Assembly (NCBI GenBank): GCA_002779235.1
Contig: PEXD01000070.1
Coordinates: 1 to 50,439, forward strand
Reading direction: 5' to 3'
Origin: Candidatus Woesearchaeota archaeon CG07_land_8_20_14_0_80_44_23
Lineage (GTDB): Archaea > Nanobdellota > Nanobdellia > Woesearchaeales > 0-14-0-80-44-23
DNA length: 50,439 bases
Part shown: piece after piece, positions 44,498 to 50,439 of the stretch
How the letters are laid out: each line of letters begins with the position of its first letter
Numbering within the stretch: position 1 is the stretch's first letter
Made by a program: the position numbers and the translations under genes
Notes under the pieces: generated by a model
What the model saw: only the letters and a program-made list of their open reading frames with translations
Told to the model about the DNA's origin: nothing
Database searches by the model: none

Positions 44498-44911
44498 TTA
44501 TCTAATTTTACTTAAATCACCATTAAGGATTACTGGTTTCATAGCTTCAATTTCATCAGAATAATCCATTTGTGGAACAGGATTAAGCAAAAATACTTTC
44601 TTGTTTAAAACATGAGCAAAAGCAATTTCTATCAAACTGTTTCCGCCAATATAATTCTTGATGTTATTCTTATCTTTGTTAATAACAAGAATTGCATCAG
44701 TTTTTTTGATTTCTTCAAAATAAGCGCAAATAACATCAAACTCTATTTTTTCCCATTTGTTTTCAACATCAATAATGCCATTGGCATACTTTTCGGTGTT
44801 GGCGGGAACAATAACAACATGATTTTGCTTTTCTAATTTTTGCTTAATCTCAAGCATTTCTTTGGCGAAAGCCATACTTCCACAAATTGTAATTTTCATA
44901 GTATTTGACAT
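44498..44911 (-). CDS. Small Rossmann-like protein, nucleoside 2-deoxyribosyltransferase-like (tentative)
   Basis: The pattern MKITICGSMAF...VIVP...DAILVIN...YIGGNSLIEIAFAH...KKVFLL resembles NDT-like folds. The region is AT-rich. Confidence 0.35.
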   Translation of the reverse strand: MSNTMKITICGSMAFAKEMLEIKQKLEKQNHVVIVPANTEKYANGIIDVENKWEKIEFDVICAYFEEIKKTDAILVINKDKNNIKNYIGGNSLIEIAFAHVLNKKVFLLNPVPQMDYSDEIEAMKPVILNGDLSKIR

Positions 44912-44953
44912 TGAAGTTTAATATATAAAGTAATCGTTGCAGGCGGGGACGGG

Positions 44954-45367
44954 CTATAATTCTTTTTCAGAAATAACTTTTATTCCATTTCTTTTTAGCA
45001 GTAGAGTTGTTACACCATCACCTTTAATTAGTGTTTTTGAAAAAGTCCCATCATAAATTTGTCCAGAACCACAAGATGGGCTCTTCTGTTTTAATATCGC
45101 TTCTTTTATATTAAACAATTTAGCGAGTTTTAAAACCTCATCAGCACCATTTTCAAAATTTTTAGTTACATTTTTTCCTGATTTTGTAATAATTTCTTTC
45201 CCTCGCTGTTCTGATGGTTCTCTGGGAGTAGGTAAACCGCCCAATTGTTCTGGGCAAATTGGAATAAGAGTTTCTTTGTTAGCAAGTGAGAGGACTTTTT
45301 CATTTGGTTTACTCTTTCCATCATACCTGCATTTAATTCCTAATAAACAGGCACTGCAAAGTCTCAT
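44954..45367 (-). CDS. DUF523 / TudS-type [4Fe-4S] thiouracil desulfidase family protein
   Basis: MRLCSACLLGIKCRYDGKSKPN, ICPEQLGGLPTPREP and KSPSCGSGQIYDG are typical DUF523 Cys blocks. Confidence 0.75.
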   Translation of the reverse strand: MRLCSACLLGIKCRYDGKSKPNEKVLSLANKETLIPICPEQLGGLPTPREPSEQRGKEIITKSGKNVTKNFENGADEVLKLAKLFNIKEAILKQKSPSCGSGQIYDGTFSKTLIKGDGVTTLLLKRNGIKVISEKEL

Positions 45368-45520
45368 AGAGATAAGTTATTTAGAGAATTTAATAAATGT
45401 TTCTATAGAACTCGACCTAAAGGTTGTGGATTTAAACCCTAGCTCGCTACGCTCGCGTTAAATATTTTGGCTTAGCATAAATTAGCAATTAGTAAGAGAA
45501 TTAACAAAAAGAAATGAAAA

Positions 45521-45718
45521 TTATTCTTTCTTTCCAGTTAATGCTCCTACGATAATCAAAATAATTCCGCCAACTAATAGTGGAATCATATATGCTGCAT
45601 AAGGTGTTGATGTAGTGGTATACAATCCAAATAAGTGGCTTTGTGTGGTTATGAATGCACCCGCAACTATTCCAATAACTAACAAAACAATACCTATAAT
45701 TATTAGAGATTTATTCAT
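45521..45718 (-). CDS. Small two-TM membrane protein, hypothetical
   Basis: 65 aa with two hydrophobic helices and AT-rich codons. Confidence 0.35.
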   Translation of the reverse strand: MNKSLIIIGIVLLVIGIVAGAFITTQSHLFGLYTTTSTPYAAYMIPLLVGGIILIIVGALTGKKE

Positions 45719-45827
45719 TTTGGCACCCCGTAAATATCTAAGGATTAAGTAATATTTAAAACTTATTAGAACTAAACAATAAAAGTTAACACGGATTAAT
45801 TAATATTTAATAAAGAATAATCTGGAT

Positions 45828-47162
45828 TTAAATCCAGATTTTCTGCCCGTTCTGGATTAAGTGGACATTCTTTCCAAGCGAATAGCCCATCTCTGATGCC
45901 AGCTCTGAAAGCGCAGAGGTCATCTGGATGTCGCCGTGGGCAGGCACTATGTGCTGCGGCTTCACCATGCTTATCAGGTCGCGCTGGTCTTCCTTGGATG
46001 CGTGCCCCGAGACATGTATTCCCTTGAATATTCTCACATTCTTCTGCGCCAGCTTGTATTCCAGGATGTCCCTGTTGGCGATGTTTACAGGCGTAGGTAT
46101 CACATTGCAGGAGAATATCACCTGGTCGTCCCTCCTGAGCTTTAAAGGCAGCTCCCCTGTAGCTATCCTTGAAAGCACTGAGTTCGGCTCTCCCTGATTT
46201 CCTGTTGTGACAAGGAGGTACTTGCCGCGCTGGGGCGATGCGTCAATCTTTCGCAATCTCTTTTTTATCTCATTTCCGTATTTCAGGATTTCCGCCTCCT
46301 TTGAGAATTTCACAATATGTATCTTCTCCGCTGCCTCAATGTATTTTGCGAGGCTCCTTCCCATGAATATCACTTTCCTGTTGATCTTCTTGCCCATCTC
46401 AAGCACAGAGCTCAGCCTTGCAATGTGGCTGGAGAACGTGCTCAGTATTATGAGGTTGTCCCTGTTCTCTGTTCCGAGGAGAACATCTCTCATCATTTCC
46501 TTTGCAACTGTTTCAGAGGGAGTTTTTCCTGGCTCCCTCGCCCTTGTGCAGTCCATTATCAGGGCTGCAACCTTCTCCTTCCCAAGCTCCCTGAGCCTTC
46601 TTGTGTTTGTGGTCTTCCCGATAACAGGGAAGGCATCGAACTTGTAATCGTTTGCATAAAGGATTTTCCCCTCTTTTGTGTGCAGCACTACCATCACTGT
46701 CTGTGGCGTAGAGTGTGTTGCATTTATGAACTCAATCTCAATGTTCTTTGTCAGTCGCATCCTTGAGTTCGGATTCAGCGTCTTTATGGGATTTTTTATG
46801 GATTTCTTCTGGTCTCGGAGAATGCCCTTCAGCACTTCTATGGTGTATGGAGTGCCTATTATGGGGGCATTGTAGCTGTTAGCCATGAAAGGCACAGCTC
46901 CAAGATGGTCCAGGTGCGCGTGCGTTGGTATTATCGCCTTGACCTTTCCCTTCCATTCCTTTATCACGCTGTCATCAGGCACAGCCCCTATCCTTGTGAG
47001 GTCTGAAAGCCCGAGCTTTTCCGCCTCCTCGTCCCCGCTGTATGTCACGTACTTTTCAACATGAAGTCCCATGTCAAGGATGACGACTTCGTCGCCTACC
47101 TTGATTGCTGTCATGTTTCTTCCTACTTCGTTGTATCCGCCTACGGCGCATATTTCTATCAT
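45828..47162 (-). CDS. rnj: RNase J (beta-CASP metallo-beta-lactamase ribonuclease, archaeal short form)
   Basis: THAHLDHLGAVP (HxHxDH), beta-CASP blocks, GHASKEDQ and PAHGD. Its 444-aa length is typical of archaeal RNase J. Confidence 0.88.
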   Translation of the reverse strand: MIEICAVGGYNEVGRNMTAIKVGDEVVILDMGLHVEKYVTYSGDEEAEKLGLSDLTRIGAVPDDSVIKEWKGKVKAIIPTHAHLDHLGAVPFMANSYNAPIIGTPYTIEVLKGILRDQKKSIKNPIKTLNPNSRMRLTKNIEIEFINATHSTPQTVMVVLHTKEGKILYANDYKFDAFPVIGKTTNTRRLRELGKEKVAALIMDCTRAREPGKTPSETVAKEMMRDVLLGTENRDNLIILSTFSSHIARLSSVLEMGKKINRKVIFMGRSLAKYIEAAEKIHIVKFSKEAEILKYGNEIKKRLRKIDASPQRGKYLLVTTGNQGEPNSVLSRIATGELPLKLRRDDQVIFSCNVIPTPVNIANRDILEYKLAQKNVRIFKGIHVSGHASKEDQRDLISMVKPQHIVPAHGDIQMTSALSELASEMGYSLGKNVHLIQNGQKIWI

Positions 47163-47486
47163 ATTTTCACTTCCGTAAAATTTCTATTGCTATACCTTAC
47201 CATATCCTGATTTATTGTTCTATTTGTTCTATTTATTTTATTTGTTCTTATTATTTTGTTCATCGTTTCTCCTAACTTGTTTTAGCAAGTATTAGATTAT
47301 ATAATTAACTTTCTTCACACTGCTTTTTCAAAAAGTGTATTCGAGAATTCAAACCAAAGATGTGGCTTTGAAGTCCTTATTTAGAAAGATTAATTATTTC
47401 TAACAATGAGAGGGATAGGCCGCCCCTTTAAAAAGCTATCGAAAATAATGCCAAAGGATTATTTTCATAATCTAAAAAAGAATCAA

Positions 47487-47559
47487 TGGGCCTGCCCGGA
47501 TTCGGACCGGGGACCTCTGCCTCGTGAAGGCAGCGTCATAGCCGCTAGACCACAAGCCC
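47487..47559 (-). tRNA. tRNA-Val (anticodon CAC), 73 nt, no encoded CCA
   Basis: I folded it by hand as GGGCTTG/CAGGCCC acceptor, D arm GTCT..TGAC with GG, anticodon stem CTGCC/GGCAG with loop TTCACGA, variable AGGTC, T stem CCCGG/CCGGG and discriminator A. The T-loop reads TCCGAAT. Confidence 0.85.
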
Positions 47560-47634
47560 AAAAATAGTCTGAGGAAAGGTATCTATTGCTTCTTTAAAAA
47601 TATTCCCATGAGCGCATTTAGAAGACGCTGAAGT

Positions 47635-47705
47635 GTAAAAAAAATAAAAAAAACTAAAAATGAAAAATTGCAAGAAGAGAAAGTTAGCCCGCTAAGACTT
47701 CTTGC
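47635..47705 (-). terminator. Hairpin + long T-run downstream of dacZ
   Basis: GCAAGAAG (47670-47677) pairs with CTTCTTGC (47698-47705), with an inner TTAG/CTAA stem. On the minus strand it is followed by TTTTTCATTTTTAGTTTTTTTTATTTTTTTT. Confidence 0.55.
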
Positions 47706-47743
47706 ACTTTTCAACATGATGCTGTGATTTACGTGTGATTTCA

Positions 47744-49126
47744 TTATGGCATCCTCATTATGAGCTGCCCTTCCTTGAATATCCTTATCTTGCCGCCGCT
47801 CTGGCTGACAACAACTGCAATGCTCTTGGTCGCCTTTGTGATGGCGGCGCAGCATCTGTGGCGTGTCCCAAGCCCAGCGAGCGAGTCGGATATTTCCCTG
47901 TCAACATCCACATTTAGGTATGTTCCAGCAGATATTACTGCGCCGCTTTTGTCTACAATAAATGCTCCGTCAAGCTGCGCAAAATTCTTTATGGTGTCTC
48001 TCAGTGCAGGGTCTGTTATCTTTCTCTGCTCCTCTGGGCAGGACATGAACGGGTTTATAATCATCTGCTTGGTGTAGGGAACAATCTCATTCTTGTCCCC
48101 TATCACGAATGCAGTTCCTATGGGCTTTCCCTCGAATCCCTCCTTTCCAATCTCCATTGCGAGGGTTATTATCGCTTCAAGCACGTCTGAGTTAACTATG
48201 TCAGTGAGGTGCGCCATGCTGATGTTGAAGAATATGCTGTCAACATCAAAGATGAAAAGCATTCCCTTGTAGCCTAGTCCTATGCTTTCGTCTTCAACGC
48301 ACACAACCCGGTCGCCTTTCTTTATGTATTCCCTCTTTATCGCCTCTGTAAGCACATCTTTTATGGGAAGAATCGAGCCCTGAAGCAGCTTTCTCATCTT
48401 GGTGCGGTACGTCACCTTCTTGTAGGCGTTCCTTCTGGTTTTCCTGAATATGACAACCTCAACATCTATGAACTTGTCGTCATCGCTCAAATCTGAGAGG
48501 AGCTGGCTCTGCTTTCTTTCAACCGAAATTATGCAGTTTGCACCGACGTCTCTGCCAATGCTTGTTGCGGCAAGCCCTATTACCTCATCAATGTTTCTGG
48601 GAGTAGTTAGTGTTTCTTCCTCGCTGGCAGAGCTTGTTTCTATTGCATATTGTTCAGCAGGGCTTGCTGTGTTTTTGAGTACTGTGCTGAGAGTGGAGGG
48701 CGAAGAGTTTTGAACTGTCAGGTCAATTGCAGAATTAGTCTGCTCTGTCGCCAAATTCGCATTTGCTTCAGTGGGGGCTGGCCCTGCCTGAGAGCTGACA
48801 AAAGAATCGCTCTCCTCCCCTGTTGGCATGATGTCTGCTTGGCTTTCTGCCGCACCTCCTCTTGGATGCAATTCAGGGCTTTCTGCATTGGAAACCTGCC
48901 CTGTCTGGCTTGGCTCTTTGTTTCTTTGGCTCTCTGTGGAATTGGGAGAAAGGTACATCACAAGCTTCTTCTGGTCGCAGAGCTTCTTCACAGAGTCGAC
49001 AGCCAGCCCGAACATGGAGTTCTTGTTGTACTGCCCGCTTTCGGGCTTGTACATCCTCCCCTTCGGCTTTCTGACTATCTTTATTCCGCCGTCTTCGGTG
49101 AGCGCTGCCTTTTTCAGCTTTAACAT
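47744..49126 (-). CDS. dacZ: Diadenylate cyclase (DacZ-type: PK_C-like domain + DAC domain) with extra N-terminal region
   Basis: C-terminal DAC motifs LDGAFIV and GLGTRHRCCAAIT...VVVSQSGGKIRIF. The preceding PK_C-like block reads IGLAATSIGRDVGANCIISVERK. The first ~190 aa are a small basic domain plus an S/T/Q/E/A-rich linker. The start is ATG 49126 (preferred) or 49198. Confidence 0.8.
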   Translation of the reverse strand: MLKLKKAALTEDGGIKIVRKPKGRMYKPESGQYNKNSMFGLAVDSVKKLCDQKKLVMYLSPNSTESQRNKEPSQTGQVSNAESPELHPRGGAAESQADIMPTGEESDSFVSSQAGPAPTEANANLATEQTNSAIDLTVQNSSPSTLSTVLKNTASPAEQYAIETSSASEEETLTTPRNIDEVIGLAATSIGRDVGANCIISVERKQSQLLSDLSDDDKFIDVEVVIFRKTRRNAYKKVTYRTKMRKLLQGSILPIKDVLTEAIKREYIKKGDRVVCVEDESIGLGYKGMLFIFDVDSIFFNISMAHLTDIVNSDVLEAIITLAMEIGKEGFEGKPIGTAFVIGDKNEIVPYTKQMIINPFMSCPEEQRKITDPALRDTIKNFAQLDGAFIVDKSGAVISAGTYLNVDVDREISDSLAGLGTRHRCCAAITKATKSIAVVVSQSGGKIRIFKEGQLIMRMP

Positions 49127-49131
49127 TCTTT

Positions 49132-49151
49132 CCCCCAATCTCTTTTCCCAA
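49132..49151. repeat. Direct repeat copy 1 (CCCCCAATCTCTTTTCCCAA)
   Basis: This 20-mer lies immediately 5' (minus sense) of ATG 49126. It matches 49223-49243 except for one extra T there. Confidence 0.7.
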
Positions 49152-49222
49152 TTTTTTCTTGTTTTGCTTGCGAGAAAAAGAGAGAGCCAAGAGGCCAAAT
49201 CCCCTTTTCAGGGGAGTTTAGA

Positions 49223-49243
49223 CCCCCAATCTCTTTTTCCCAA
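49223..49243. repeat. Direct repeat copy 2 (CCCCCAATCTCTTTTTCCCAA)
   Basis: It lies 91 nt from copy 1, with the hairpin TCCCC-TTTTCA-GGGGA (49200-49215) between them. Confidence 0.7.
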
Positions 49244-49308
49244 GTACATACTAAAGTGGATTGGTCTTGATTATCTAATGCTACTCTTTCAATATGTTTG
49301 AAAATAAC

Positions 49309-49358
49309 TGGCTCCCTAAGGTTGTGTGGGGTGGAGTAAAGAAGCGGTTAGGGAGCCA
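49309..49358 (-). terminator. 11-bp perfect hairpin downstream of the 49388-49801 gene
   Basis: TGGCTCCCTAA (49309-49319) pairs with TTAGGGAGCCA (49348-49358) around a 28-nt G-rich loop. On the minus strand it lies 30 nt after the stop and is followed by TTATTTTC. Confidence 0.4.
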
Positions 49359-49387
49359 AATGAACAGCATGCTTCTTTTTTCTGCGA

Positions 49388-49801
49388 TTATTTGCCGGGT
49401 TTTATCTCGTGGGCGAGCTTGTCTGCCTCTCTTATCCACATGAGCCCTATGCCCACCATCTCGTTGTTGAACCTCTTCGATATCCTGTATGTTTTCTTGT
49501 AAAGGTCGTAGTCAATGAGCCCCATGCTTTTCATCGGGGTGAGTATCCTGTCGTAAAACTGCCTTTTGTTGTAGGACACCTTGACCTTTTTTCCGATGAA
49601 TGGCGGCTCGTTTATGCTTGTGATGAGCTGCCCCTCGTGGAGCTTGGTGGCGAAGAGGGACATCTCTGTCTTTCCTATCTCCCTGCCGTTGTCCTTCATG
49701 TATTCTATGATGAGCTTTGCAACAATCACCTGCTGCTTTGTGGCGAAGATTACCTCATATATGTCCTCAGGCAGGTTGAACCTGTCGAATAGTATTACCA
49801 T
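49388..49801 (-). CDS. Hypothetical protein (137 aa)
   Basis: A clean ORF with TTTATATAT (minus strand, 49825-49833) centred about 28 nt upstream of the ATG. I recognise no family. Confidence 0.5.
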   Translation of the reverse strand: MVILFDRFNLPEDIYEVIFATKQQVIVAKLIIEYMKDNGREIGKTEMSLFATKLHEGQLITSINEPPFIGKKVKVSYNKRQFYDRILTPMKSMGLIDYDLYKKTYRISKRFNNEMVGIGLMWIREADKLAHEIKPGK

Positions 49802-49993
49802 GCAACTGCTATAAGCACTACTAATATATAAATGTTATTGTTTTGTATACTAATAGAGCAAATACATATATTGGCACACTAGATAAAAATGGGCAAAACC
49901 CTCAAAAAAACACACCTGCGGTAGAAAACGCTGAAAAAACAGCATTTAACCCCAAAAAATGTTTCTGGCACAGCATGATTTCACTGCAAGATT

Positions 49994-50140
49994 TTATTGC
50001 TTGAAATCGTCGCATTCCATTATTTCAATTGCGAAGCCGTTCTCAGAATCAGAATTTGCATATCTCCTGAAATAATCGCAAACTTCTCTCCCTTTGCAAG
50101 AGCTGCAGAGCGAGGCTGATGCTTTCTTTTTCAGAGCCAT
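49994..50140 (-). CDS. Small Cys-containing protein (48 aa), hypothetical
   Basis: MALKKKASASLCSSCKGREVCDYFRRYANSDSENGFAIEIMECDDFKQ. The start is set at the internal ATG 50140 because TTTATATAA (minus strand, 50163-50171) is centred 27 nt upstream. Confidence 0.45.
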   Translation of the reverse strand: MALKKKASASLCSSCKGREVCDYFRRYANSDSENGFAIEIMECDDFKQ

Positions 50141-50208
50141 TGCAGAGTCAATAAAAAAACTATTATATAAATATTTTCTTTTGGAAAAAATTTGAGGACA
50201 AATAAAAA

Positions 50209-50439
50209 AACAAGTGGGCCCGCAGAGCCGCCCTTTTAAAAAAAGCGCGGATGGAAAACAACCCTTTTTTCCTTCCAGAAAAAAGCGCAAAGACGAAGTC
50301 TTGTGCACAAAATCGTTTCGACGATTTTGTTGCGTTGATGGAAAAACTAACTAAAAAATGTGGGCCCGCGGAGATTAATGAACCAACCCTTTTCGCTAAA
50401 GCGAAAAGCATTGATGGAAAAAAGAACTAAAACGAATGG
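50209..50439. repeat. Degenerate repeat array: GTGGGCCCGC boxes, short perfect hairpins, and GATGGAAAA boxes
   Basis: GTGGGCCCGC occurs at 50214 and 50360. GATGGAAAA occurs at 50250, 50337 and 50413. There are two perfect hairpins: ACAAAATCGT-TTCG-ACGATTTTGT (50307-50330) and CTTTTCGC-TAAA-GCGAAAAG (50389-50408). The array runs off the window edge. Confidence 0.6.

Noticed and set aside
45819-45840. Perfect 22-nt palindrome AATCTGGATTTAAATCCAGATT as a recombination site or mobile-element end
   Set aside because: There is only a single copy in the window, and it overlaps the RNase J stop codon. Its most economical reading is a terminator-type hairpin, so it is mentioned only as the boundary of the AT-rich islet.
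47583-47855. 90-aa minus-strand ORF between tRNA-Val and dacZ
   Set aside because: It overlaps the dacZ 3' end in another frame. It also spans the terminator hairpin, the poly-T tract and the tRNA promoter region, and has no recognisable features.
50209-50439. Possible CRISPR array at the right edge
   Set aside because: The repeated pieces are short (9-10 nt), degenerate and irregularly spaced (87, 76 and 146 nt), with no constant-length direct repeat or spacer pattern. No cas genes are in the window.

Overview
This window is a gene-dense stretch of an archaeal chromosome with about 55 protein genes and 1 tRNA on both strands. The archaeal assignment rests on Nop5 + fibrillarin, aIF-1A, Hef, a PriS-type primase, archaeal-size RNase J and a DacZ-type diadenylate cyclase. 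Three features suggest a small-genome DPANN-like lineage, though this is inference: a primase with PriS fused to a PriL-CTD-like module, a stand-alone Hel308 C-terminal half, and several bacterial-type genes (gyrA, lspA, an rluB-like gene). Housekeeping content includes:
- one Fe-S operon (Cys-rich HTH, IscS, intein-containing IscU, SufC, SufBD)
- a C/D-box RNP pair, ScpB, GyrA, LemA-HtpX and tRNA-Val(CAC).

The most interesting locus is 35.2-40.8 kb on the minus strand. It holds a KamA-family lysine-2,3-aminomutase-like radical SAM enzyme, two paralogous Ddl-like ATP-grasp ligases and a PP-loop ATP pyrophosphatase. It has none of the partners of known beta-lysine pathways. Unusually long AT-rich intergenic regions interrupt it, and two of them share a conserved non-coding element. 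I read this as a candidate undescribed beta-amino-acid ligation pathway.

Other notable items:
- a LAGLIDADG intein inserted at the cluster-ligand Cys of IscU
- an unannotated 57-aa RHH gene followed by a 97-nt hairpin
- a duplicated 20-nt motif in the dacZ 5' region
- two AT-rich islets
- a hairpin/GATGGAAAA repeat array at the right edge.

Many genes have a TTTATATAA-like box about 26 nt upstream of an internal ATG. This argues for leaderless transcripts and shorter starts than the ORF track gives. No CRISPR array, rRNA or transposase was seen.
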